This document shows positions 25,483-34,300 of a stretch of DNA of 53,734 bases, one piece after another. The stretch comes from a virus (taxonomy: Duplodnaviria; Caudoviricetes). The translations under genes were made by a program, and so were the position numbers. The DNA lies in the IMG/VR virus record IMGVR_UViG_3300003691_000007, positions 1 through 53,734 of that record. One strand, given 5' to 3'. Position 1 is the stretch's first letter. Every line of letters begins with the position of its first letter. The notes beneath the pieces are model-generated. The model saw nothing but the letters and a program-made list of their open reading frames with translations. It ran no database searches and was not told the DNA's origin.

Positions 25483-26182
25483 TATCGCCCTCTTGGTCGT
25501 AAGTTCCTTCGATGATTTTTATATAGTTTCCTTCAGTCATCATCCACTCTAAATTTGGTTTCCATTTTCGCTTGTTGTTCCCGGATAAAAAATGGCTCCT
25601 GGATACCATCATAAAAAATCCAGCCCAATAATTGATATTGCTCTCTTCATTCCATCTTGCGCCAATAGATTTTTTTCTCTTCTCCGAGAGTTTTTTTATT
25701 TTAGGCAAGCCTGGCAAAATAGAATGGTAGAGGTCCACAATCTGTCCGAAAGGGCAGTTGTTTTTTTTCCTTTCTTTTACTTCTTTATGGTTAATGACTG
25801 GTTCAATGACTGGTTTGTGTACCGTTTTCGGTACTGGTTCGAGTACCGTTTTCGGTACTACCCTTGTACCGTTTTCGGTACTGGTCCCGTTTTCGGTACT
25901 GCTTTTCTTAGCTAAAGCCCTATGCTTGCTGGACTTCAGTAATTTATACTTTGTGCTTACCCCTGTGCTTTTTTTTGATTTTATGTACCCACTCTCCTCA
26001 AGTTTTCTTATTCCTGATATCACGGTTTTACGGTCAAGCCCGGTATCGGTGCTGATCCTTTTTATTGACGGATAGCACGAAAAACAATCACCGGACCTGT
26101 CGGCAAGCGATAGCAAAACCAACTTATTTGATCCTGGTTTTACCGCCTGTTTCCACGCCCATATTGTAGCTTTTAAGCCCAT
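25298..26182 (-). CDS. Replication initiator (lambda O-like, N-terminal wHTH)
   Basis: WAW...KLVLLSLADR...CYPSIKRI..DTGL.RKTV; internal iterons; C-terminal W.PNLEW...N..KIIEG.Y. Confidence 0.9.
   Translation of the reverse strand: MGLKATIWAWKQAVKPGSNKLVLLSLADRSGDCFSCYPSIKRISTDTGLDRKTVISGIRKLEESGYIKSKKSTGVSTKYKLLKSSKHRALAKKSSTENGTSTENGTRVVPKTVLEPVPKTVHKPVIEPVINHKEVKERKKNNCPFGQIVDLYHSILPGLPKIKKLSEKRKKSIGARWNEESNINYWAGFFMMVSRSHFLSGNNKRKWKPNLEWMMTEGNYIKIIEGTYDQEGDNEKSNRDNTEDWDADTSWHDKAMRDVAEREERKRGNSKQPGKDAEGNSPGLAQLVQVSDGA
25819..25900. repeat. Replication origin iterons
   Basis: GTACCGTTTTCGGTACT at 25819, 25843 and 25866; GTCCCGTTTTCGGTACT at 25884; each has GTACCG/CGGTAC dyad symmetry; A/T-rich tract adjacent (about 25758-25790). 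Confidence 0.9.
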
Positions 26183-26185
26183 TAT

Positions 26186-26374
26186 TTAAGCCTGTTTTTT
26201 CGCTGGTTTTCTGATGTGATAATGAGCCTCTATTGCATCCTCGATTACCTCAATATTGCGCGATGGGTGCGCTCTCATAAACTGTACTAGGTGTGGCTTC
26301 ATTCGCACCGATATCATTATTCTTTTTTCACCAGGAGGCAGCTTTTTTCGGCCCGTAGTTCTGCTTTCTTCCAT
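26186..26374 (-). CDS. Small DNA-binding regulator (ribbon-helix-helix-like) at the cro position
   Basis: 62 aa; GRKKLP..EKRIMISVRM.P beta-ribbon pattern followed by two helices. Confidence 0.65.
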   Translation of the reverse strand: MEESRTTGRKKLPPGEKRIMISVRMKPHLVQFMRAHPSRNIEVIEDAIEAHYHIRKPAKKQA

Positions 26375-26404
26375 TTTTACTTACCCTATATTAAGTGAAC
26401 AGCT

Positions 26405-26434
26405 ATGCTATTCCGAAAACTCTATTACTGTCAA
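26405..26434 (-). promoter_or_regulatory. Leftward early promoter
   Basis: TTGACA-18 bp-TAGCAT. Confidence 0.65.
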
Positions 26435-26492
26435 TACCTATAGTACGTTAAAGCTATTTAGGTATATATGGGGATATAACTTCATTTAAGTA

Positions 26493-26520
26493 TTGACAAT
26501 CGCAGGAATAAGACTATTAT
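26493..26520 (+). promoter_or_regulatory. Rightward early promoter
   Basis: TTGACA-16 bp-TATTAT. Confidence 0.65.
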
Positions 26521-26544
26521 CACCACTCACTTTGAGGTGGTTGT

Positions 26545-26721
26545 ATGTATAAAGTGTTACCAATAAGAAAGAAAGTTATTAAAAGATGCAGGGTTCTTTT
26601 GTTTGAATCGTGTCCTATTACTGGCGCATTGTTTTTGGTTATCACTATGCCGGCAGCAATCACGCTTAATCCAATTACCTTTGATAGATCGTTAAATCAA
26701 AAAAGACTGAGGATATGTTGA
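26545..26721 (+). CDS. Hypothetical basic protein (58 aa, not in ORF track)
   Basis: GAGGTGG SD; MYKVLPIRKKVIKRCR...; stop lies 1 nt before the ERF start. Confidence 0.5.
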   Translation: MYKVLPIRKKVIKRCRVLLFESCPITGALFLVITMPAAITLNPITFDRSLNQKRLRIC

Positions 26722-26722
26722 T

Positions 26723-27490
26723 ATGAGTAGCAAAGAAGTAGTAACAAAAATGGAACAAGGGGGAAGTGATATGTCTATTTCATCTGATCCTATGGTTATG
26801 ATTTCTAAGGCCATTGGCTCCGGACTAGATGAAAATCAATTAAAAATGCTGATGGACCTACAGGAAAGACATCAGAATAACATGGCTAAAGTGGCGTTTA
26901 ATAAGGATATGTCACTGTTCACAAAGGAAATGCCAACAATCGTTAAGGACGCGAGGGTTACTTACAAAACAGCAAAGGGCCTAACTGATTACTCCCATGT
27001 AACGCTGGCCAACGTAGTAAAGCATGTAAACCCTGGTATGGCTAAGAACAACCTTTCTTTTGGTTGGAGAACATCACAAAACAACGGATCAATTACTGTA
27101 TCTTGCGTTGTGACTCATGCTGATGGCCATAGTATCGATACATCACTAACTGCCCCGGCTGATCCTTCAGGTGGTAAGAACAGCGTACAGGCAATAGGTT
27201 CTACTATATCCTACTTGCAGCGATATACATTGCTTTCAATACTCGGTGTTGCCGTGTTTGAAGATGATGATGCGGTAAGTGTTGGAGATAAGGTTGATCT
27301 TATTTCTCAAGATAAAGTAAATACCATTCATTCTTTAATTGAAGAAACTACATCGAATGTTATTATATATCTTCAGGTCTTGTCAGACTCCTTTGGAGTG
27401 ACTATTAAGACGGTTGAAGATATACCAGACAAATATTTTCTTAGTTCAGTTGCTATGCTTGAGAAGAAAAAGAAGAGTAAGTTGTCGTGA
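26723..27490 (+). CDS. ERF-family single-strand annealing protein
   Basis: QAIGSTISYLQRYTLLSILGV...EDDDA signature. Confidence 0.9.
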   Translation: MSSKEVVTKMEQGGSDMSISSDPMVMISKAIGSGLDENQLKMLMDLQERHQNNMAKVAFNKDMSLFTKEMPTIVKDARVTYKTAKGLTDYSHVTLANVVKHVNPGMAKNNLSFGWRTSQNNGSITVSCVVTHADGHSIDTSLTAPADPSGGKNSVQAIGSTISYLQRYTLLSILGVAVFEDDDAVSVGDKVDLISQDKVNTIHSLIEETTSNVIIYLQVLSDSFGVTIKTVEDIPDKYFLSSVAMLEKKKKSKLS

Positions 27491-28125
27491 GTATGCCATA
27501 TTCCAGCGACCTGATACTACCGAATCTTGAGCAAGGTACGGATGCTTGGTTTGAAGCAAGACGAGGTGTTGTTACTGGTAGTAACTTCGGGAAAATTATA
27601 ACCCCTAAAGGTGGCTCAAGTTCTCAAAGCAAAGACTATATGTGTAAGCTGGTTGCTGAATATGTAACTAAAGAGGTTGAGCCATCTTTTAAATCAGAAT
27701 ATATGAAGGATGGGAACGATAACGAAGGGTTTGCGATAAGCAATTATAACTTTATCAACGATGTAGTTACTGAGCATGTTGGCCTGGTGTACATGGATGA
27801 AGAAAGGAATGTTTCGGTAAGCCCGGACGGTTTAAGAGTTGTCAATGGGTCCATTGTTGGTGGTGTTGAAGCAAAATGCCCTAAGCCAGCAACGGTGGTT
27901 AAATATATTGTCGATAACGCATTGCCTGATGTATATAAAGCCCAGGTTCAGGGTTCTATGTGGGTATGCAGGTGTGATTGGTGGGATTTTATAGCCTACA
28001 CCAAACTGTTAAAACCGATGCTAATACGAGTACACAGGGATGATATTTATATCTCCAAAATGAAAGAGTTAGTATTGTGTTTTGTTGAGGAAATGATTGA
28101 AATGAGAAAAGAGGTAGTACAATGA
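27487..28125 (+). CDS. Lambda-exonuclease/YqaJ-family exonuclease
   Basis: EQGTDAWFEARRGVVTGS, SPDGL, EAKCP, QVQGSMWV...WWDF. Confidence 0.92.
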   Translation: MSMPYSSDLILPNLEQGTDAWFEARRGVVTGSNFGKIITPKGGSSSQSKDYMCKLVAEYVTKEVEPSFKSEYMKDGNDNEGFAISNYNFINDVVTEHVGLVYMDEERNVSVSPDGLRVVNGSIVGGVEAKCPKPATVVKYIVDNALPDVYKAQVQGSMWVCRCDWWDFIAYTKLLKPMLIRVHRDDIYISKMKELVLCFVEEMIEMRKEVVQ

Positions 28126-29120
28126 GTGAATTAGAGCTAATACCACAAGAAAACGCCTTATCAGTGTTTTGTCAGGAAGATGGAATGGTTCCTTATGTTG
28201 ATAAGGTCCGCGAAATGGTTGATAACTTCGAGCATGACGTTAAAACACCAGCCGGTCGTAAAAAATCGATAACTTTCTCGGCAAAAATATCTAAGTACAA
28301 GGTGGCAATGGATAATGTGGCCAAAAAAACCACGGAAGATATCGATGCGACCAAGAAAAAGGTAAACGCCTCACGTAAGTACCTGAAGGAAAATTTAGAC
28401 GAGCTGCGCGATCTGGCGCGACTTCCTGTAACAGAGTATGAAAAGCATGAAGAGGTTAGAATTAAAACCCTTCAGGAAAGAGTTTGCTATATTTCAAGCC
28501 TTAGCGATATCTGTAGTTCGGGTGATATCTCACTAGAAGATATCCAGGAAAACATTGATATCTTGTATAAGATAGAAATAGATGAAACCTTTGAAGAGTT
28601 CCAAGATAGAGCTGATTCAGCTAAAAAGGATTCATTTAGTGCGTTAACGTCGGCATTTAACCGCGAAAAAGAAAGAGCTCGTGATATAGAAGAGTTAGGT
28701 AAGTTGCGTAAGGATGCCGCAGACCGGGCAGAAAAGGACCGCCAGGTAGCAGAAAATGAAAACGCCAGGATAAAGGCAGAGTGCGAGGCCAAAGACAAGA
28801 TTGAGCATGAAAAGGCCAAACTTGCTGAAGCGAAAGAGCGCGAGGAGGCCCTAATTAGGGAGAACGAGCGTATTAAAGCTCAGGCCGAGCAGCAAGCAAA
28901 GCAAGCAGTCATTGATGAAAGGAACCGTCAAAAGGAAAAAGACCTGGAGGATGAAAGGGCGCGATTGAAGTTAGAAAGAGACAAGCAGCACGTATCTAAG
29001 ATAAGAGGTGAGGCTAAAACCGATCTAATGAATATCGTTTCGGAGGAAGTGGCAAAGAAGATAGTTTTAGCCATATCCAATAATGAAATATCGAATGTTA
29101 ATATAAATTACGGTGGTTAA
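28122..29120 (+). CDS. Conserved phage coiled-coil protein (often mislabelled TolA-like)
   Basis: DVKTPAGRK...LDELRD..RLPVTEYE plus a long E/K/R/A coiled coil. Confidence 0.75.
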   Translation: MSELELIPQENALSVFCQEDGMVPYVDKVREMVDNFEHDVKTPAGRKKSITFSAKISKYKVAMDNVAKKTTEDIDATKKKVNASRKYLKENLDELRDLARLPVTEYEKHEEVRIKTLQERVCYISSLSDICSSGDISLEDIQENIDILYKIEIDETFEEFQDRADSAKKDSFSALTSAFNREKERARDIEELGKLRKDAADRAEKDRQVAENENARIKAECEAKDKIEHEKAKLAEAKEREEALIRENERIKAQAEQQAKQAVIDERNRQKEKDLEDERARLKLERDKQHVSKIRGEAKTDLMNIVSEEVAKKIVLAISNNEISNVNINYGG

Positions 29121-29121
29121 T

Positions 29122-29481
29122 ATGATGGATAAACAAAGATTTACCGATGTACCGGAGTTCTTGGCAGACCTTGATGCCGGAGTGTTTGAACAGAAGATAG
29201 CAATGGCTCTTTCTGATATCGCAAGCGGTGTTGTTACTAACGCGAAAAATGGAAAGCTAGTTGTTACTTTTGATTTTGTTCAAGTGGCTAACAGTTCTCA
29301 GGTGAACATAACACACTCAATTGTATCTACAACGCCAACAGGAAACGGAAAGGTCGTAGATCACAACGCAACAAACACGCCTATGCACGTTGGAAACGGT
29401 GGTAAAATTACATTGTTCCCAGAAAATCAGGGGCAATTTTTCAATAAGGCCGGAACAGGCCCTTTCCAGGAGAGTAAATGA
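29122..29481 (+). CDS. YfdP-like prophage protein
   Basis: TDVPEFLADLDAGVFEQKI...TPMHV..GG.ITLF; the usual upstream partner of DUF2303. Confidence 0.75.
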   Translation: MMDKQRFTDVPEFLADLDAGVFEQKIAMALSDIASGVVTNAKNGKLVVTFDFVQVANSSQVNITHSIVSTTPTGNGKVVDHNATNTPMHVGNGGKITLFPENQGQFFNKAGTGPFQESK

Positions 29482-30299
29482 TGGATAAAGAAGTATTGAA
29501 GCAAGCGCAGTCTTTAACAGAGAAGTTAAACGATTCCGTAGGCGAAAGAACAGACTTCGAGACAATGCTGGTTCCGAACACTTCTCAGATAATTGATCTT
29601 GAAGAGTACCAGGAAACCCGAAACATATTCCGCGGATCATACACGACCGATAATATTCAGTCCTTTGTTAAGTATGTAGCAGACAACAAAGGCCAGCAAT
29701 GCTATGTAGATGCTAGGGAAATGGAGGCTCGTGTAATTTTCGATATTGATATCGATGGAAAGCCTGGCCATTGTAAGCACTCAGCATGGTTATATAGTAG
29801 AAAAACGGCTGACTTCAGTCTCGTGCTTGGTGTTAGTGGTTCCGAAATGACTCAGCAAGCGGCTTATGAGTTCCTGACAGACAATAAACATGCTCTTATG
29901 GCGCTTGATAGTTCTGGAGAGGAAGTGAGCCTTAATCATGCGATTTTAAAGATACAGGCCATTGAAGCTGAACGCATAAGCAGGTCAAACAGCGATATTT
30001 CAGATTTTTCAGCGTCAAAATCAGCGCTTGAATCAATCGAAGTTAGCGGTAACGGTGGAGTTATTCCGTCATACTTTAAATACACTGTTAGGCCGTATGT
30101 TTGGCATAAGGATATCGATGTTCTGTTAAGGGTTAGCATCTTGCTTTCTCATTCAAAGGAACTGAAAATCATCTTAAACATAGTTAATGAAGATAAAATG
30201 CTTGAGAGTATCGGGCTTGAATTTCTCGACTACGTTGAAGGTAAAATATCCGAGTCATGCGATGATGTTCTTACTTACATTGGTAAGCTAAAAACATAA
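29478..30299 (+). CDS. DUF2303 (YfdQ-like) protein
   Basis: DLEEYQ..R..FRG.Y.T..I.SF..Y, PGHCKH.A, SKSALESIE motifs. Confidence 0.85.
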   Translation: MMDKEVLKQAQSLTEKLNDSVGERTDFETMLVPNTSQIIDLEEYQETRNIFRGSYTTDNIQSFVKYVADNKGQQCYVDAREMEARVIFDIDIDGKPGHCKHSAWLYSRKTADFSLVLGVSGSEMTQQAAYEFLTDNKHALMALDSSGEEVSLNHAILKIQAIEAERISRSNSDISDFSASKSALESIEVSGNGGVIPSYFKYTVRPYVWHKDIDVLLRVSILLSHSKELKIILNIVNEDKMLESIGLEFLDYVEGKISESCDDVLTYIGKLKT

Positions 30300-30304
30300 A
30301 AAAC

Positions 30305-30332
30305 GTGCCGGGCTTGCCCCGGCACTTCTATT
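30305..30332 (+). terminator. Stem-loop/terminator after DUF2303
   Basis: GTGCCGGG-CTTGC-CCCGGCAC followed by TTCTATT. Confidence 0.65.
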
Positions 30333-30342
30333 GGGGTAAAAA

Positions 30343-30648
30343 ATGAATATAACCGGATTGAATAATAGAACGCCTACAATCAAATGCCGAGACAAGGATA
30401 TCTTGTCGGTAATTAGAATAATAAACGGCTCTCCATTAAGAGCCGAAAGTGAAAAAATTGGTATAAAGTACGGACAAATGACGCGGCTATACCAGCGGGT
30501 ATTAAATGAAGTGTGCCGATATAATATCGACAGGATGGAAGTTAAGGACCCAATTCTCTTTACCCGGTCAATGCCAGAGGCAAGAAAAAACAAAGAGGAA
30601 TGGTTGGGTTATATCAGAAACTTCATGGATAGCAGGGGGATGGAATGA
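30343..30648 (+). CDS. Hypothetical protein, possible HTH
   Basis: 101 aa; RD..IL...INGSPL...SEKIGIK..Q weakly resembles a sigma region-4-type HTH. Confidence 0.55.
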   Translation: MNITGLNNRTPTIKCRDKDILSVIRIINGSPLRAESEKIGIKYGQMTRLYQRVLNEVCRYNIDRMEVKDPILFTRSMPEARKNKEEWLGYIRNFMDSRGME

Positions 30649-30893
30649 GCATCTATGACGTAACTTTTATTACAATATTTATGCTTGTTCTTTGCTACAT
30701 CGCTTACACTGGGGCATGTTTCGCGGCAATTCTTGATGAATTAAAGGATAATGAAATTAAGATCACGTTCGCAAAGTTTATCGCGGCAATGCTTGTTGCC
30801 ATAGTAATGATAGCGACAGCGCCACAAGTTAAGGAAATTATAAAGCGTAGCTTAGTTATAAATATCGAGGTAAGTACAAATGAGCAACTTTGA
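30645..30893 (+). CDS. Small 2-TM membrane protein
   Basis: 82 aa; two hydrophobic helices. Confidence 0.65.
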   Translation: MSIYDVTFITIFMLVLCYIAYTGACFAAILDELKDNEIKITFAKFIAAMLVAIVMIATAPQVKEIIKRSLVINIEVSTNEQL

Positions 30894-31221
30894 GATAATA
30901 GCGTGGGGAATTGTCGTAAGTATTTTTCTTTACAATAATTTCTTCAAAATAATCCCTGACAAACTCCAGGAACAAAGAATTCACGACCTGAATGAAGATA
31001 TAGAAAAACTAAAAGGTATGGCTAAATCAGCAGCTATTAACTTTGAAGCACTTGAAGAACACATCAATGAAAAAGATATAATAATCAAAGACTTGAAGCG
31101 CGATAACCACATGCTTGTTGATGAAGTTGGAATATTAACAAAGGCCATAATCAAACAAGATCAAATGGTTAAAGACGTAAAGTTGAAATACGGGCCTCAA
31201 GTACCACTTGAAAGCAATTAG
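30880..31221 (+). CDS. Single-TM coiled-coil protein
   Basis: 113 aa; GAGGT SD. Confidence 0.65.
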   Translation: MSNFEIIAWGIVVSIFLYNNFFKIIPDKLQEQRIHDLNEDIEKLKGMAKSAAINFEALEEHINEKDIIIKDLKRDNHMLVDEVGILTKAIIKQDQMVKDVKLKYGPQVPLESN

Positions 31222-31285
31222 TTAGCCATGTAATATCAATGTGTCTCGATTAAGACATGAGAGGTTTCGCATAGCCCCTCAGCCC

Positions 31286-31322
31286 AAACCCCTGGTAAGT
31301 CGCTTACCCGGGGTTTTTTATT
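31286..31322. terminator. Rho-independent terminator at the convergence of early and late units
   Basis: AAACCCC-T-GGTAAG-TCG-CTTACC-C-GGGGTTT followed by TTTATT; lies between convergent genes. Confidence 0.85.
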
Positions 31323-31327
31323 GCCTG

Positions 31328-34300
31328 TTATTTCTTTTTCTTCTTCTTCATTTTTTGCGCTCTTTCGAGAACGTCCATCATCTTGCTTTCAAGCCTCTTT
31401 TGCTCTTCCATCAGTTCTTCCTTGCTTATATCCTTTCTGTTATAGGCTCTCTCAGCTTTCCTTAACGCAGCTTTTATGGCTCGTTCGTTCTTTGATATAC
31501 CGTAAGCCCTAAACTCTCTCTGAAGCTCAATATTAAACCCAGCAGCTTTAATACCAAGTACACTTAGGACCGCGAGAGGTACGCTGTAAGTTCTACCAAG
31601 CATATCCTCCTTGCCCTTAGCCGCATTGATAAGTTTCTCCTGGGAATAAGAGTAAGGTATCCACGGAGCATTTGGAGACATAGATTTATAAAGGAATTTC
31701 ATTGATGATGATACTTTCTCTGCCACAGAGTCCATATCAGGGTCGTAGATATCCTTCCCGGTAAATACTTGTCTGTTTGCATACAGTTCAGCGCCAATTG
31801 CCAGCAACCCGCCTGGTATCATTGGTCCAGGTATGTAGCCTGAATCATGCTGATTCGTATCAAAGATATCACCAACAGGTATCCAGCGCCTAATATCAAG
31901 GTAAACAGGATCGCCATTGTTATCATCGAAAGGTGTTCTTATCATGCGCGGTACACCAATCCAGGTGTATCCACTCTGATGTTCTGGCATTACAGAGCGC
32001 TCTTCTTCTTCATCGCCAGGGTTAAGTAAGTAACCGGCCATACTTGCAACATACGCTAATGCAAAATACTTAGGTAACTTCCACGGTCTTTCAGCAAGAG
32101 CCTTTGCAACAACTGGAGCTGCACGATAAGAGTAAGCAATAAACGGCAAGAATGATCTTCGTGCCGCATTTACCCACGGTGCGCGAATGTCATAGTTAAG
32201 AAACTGTCTTCTAGCCATCGCAGCCGCTTCAACAGAAGAGTCTCCAAGTTCCTTACGCCTAATGTATGTAGCAAGCCTGAATATTTCATCCTCAAGCTGA
32301 TACATGTTTAGCATCTTATCGTCTGCTTTAGCTATCGCGCTAATAGCTACCTTAGCTGATCCTTTAGCCACGTTAGCGAGTTCACCCTTCAGTAATCCTT
32401 TTCGCAAGGTATTTAGTGCGCCTAATAAGCCTCCTTTACTCATAATATCATCAGAGTTTTGGCTGGTTATCTCTCTTAATATAGGATCAAGTATTTCCTT
32501 CTTAATTTCAGAGTTTACAAAACTTGAGCCAAAAGCATTATCATCTACCGCTTGTTGGTAGATATCAGATTTTTTCAGGTATGACTTTATTGCGTTCCTT
32601 AAATCACGCGCACGAATGTCGGCCATATCCATGAATATCAGGTTTGACATTACATTGTTTACATGGACCACTGGGTTCCTGGCAGTCTTATTTAGTTTCC
32701 ACTGAGTAAGTAGCCATTGCCATGATCCGTGTTGATTTACCTTATCAAGCTGGTTTAAGTCGCGCCAAACTTCTCCCTTTACATACATGCCGGCAAGTGA
32801 TCCCCACTTCTTAACGCCACCTGTTCCACTTATACTTGTGTTTGGTACTTTCACCCAATCTACACCGGCATAAGTTCCGGCCTTTGAGTTTCTTTTGTTG
32901 TCAGGGTCTACAGCATTACCGGGGTCTTGATGTGTGGCCCACTCTTTGTTTTCCGCAATTGTCTTAAAGAACCTACCATTTGCTATCTGTTCTGACATAA
33001 GCATGAAAGTCTTTGCAACGGTATATCTGGCATCTAGTATTTGCCCCATATCCTTTCGTTCAGCCTTTGTGTAGTCGCGCCACAAAGTTATCTTGTTACC
33101 CTTGGTCCAACGAGCCTCCCATTCTCCACGGCTTTCCCATGCGTCATACTTGGCTGGTATTTCCTGGTCTGCTGGGAGGTATACGCGCTCAAGCACTCTT
33201 CTTTTTTCAGGCCCACCTTCCTCAACACCTTCTATTGTTTCAGTTCCTTCGCCTACAGATTTCAACCGATCAAAGATTAAGAATTTTCTCCCGATGAAAG
33301 TTTCGTCAACCTTCCCTTTGCTTAACTTCTGCTCAAACCATCCTGGTACATTTTTAGCAAGCGTACCCATCTTAACCGAAAGCGTAAGCCCTCTTCCCTT
33401 TAGCATCCCATCAGACTTGCTTAGTCTTCTTTTTTCCATTCTCTTCAATATGAAGCTGGACACAGTTCCCGCGTTTTCTTCATGAGACTTATATACGCGG
33501 TGCATATACTGGCCTCTATTGCGCTCGTAGCTTTCCTCAGATATAAGTCCAAGATCAACCATTTCTCTGCCGTAGTTATCAATAGCAGCTATTATTGGAG
33601 TAGAAAAACCCTTTAGTCGTTCGCTTGTAAATGCGTTATCCGGGTCTTCTATCAAGTCATGCAGTAGTTTCGCCTCGTCAGAGCTTACTCCACGATCAAT
33701 CATATCTCTTACTACCTTCTCTCCTTCAAGTGCTATTCTACGTTGTTCAGCTCCCCTTTCCGCGTCCGCTGATACATACTCGTCAGACAATCCATGACGG
33801 TCAATAAGTCCAGCCCGGAAAACACCAAGTATATTATCCACAGTGGCATTTCCGGTCTTCTTGTTTTCAACTAGGTCTTCAGTCCACCCGTATGCTTTCA
33901 CTCCATGTTTAAATCTACCGTGGCTATCGAGCGTCTTTACTACACTAAAAGGATACCTAAACGCTTTATCCAAGTACTGGCCTTCATCCTTTTTGATTTT
34001 TTCAGTCTTATTTTCCTCGCTATCCTGCTTTCTTGAAAATGTCGGCTTATCAGATTGCGCGTTAGGTGCTTTTGGATTCTTACCGCCAGATACAACATGA
34101 CGTGAAGACTTAGCGATAATAGACTGCAATGAAGCCTCGTCCATCGATCCTATCCCATGTTTCGCAAGCCATAACCTTACTTTAGCAATAGCGCTTTTGA
34201 TAATTGGGTGCTTATGGTCACGCTCTGCCAGGTGAGCAAAAATTTCTCTCGCCTCTTGAGACTCTTCTAAATTGTACTCGCCAGTTTCATCATTAAGGTA

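Noticed and set aside
25819-25900. Palindromic repeats as a mini-CRISPR array
   Set aside because: Spacers of only 1-7 bp, located inside the initiator gene; these are iterons.
26522-26541. Hairpin ACCACTCA-CTT-TGAGGTGGT occluding the SD of the first rightward gene
   Set aside because: The predicted transcription start (about 26527) falls inside the 5' arm, so the stem probably is not in the mRNA.
28122-29120. TolA or tape-measure call
   Set aside because: No TM anchor; located in the early recombination operon; similarity is only coiled-coil composition.
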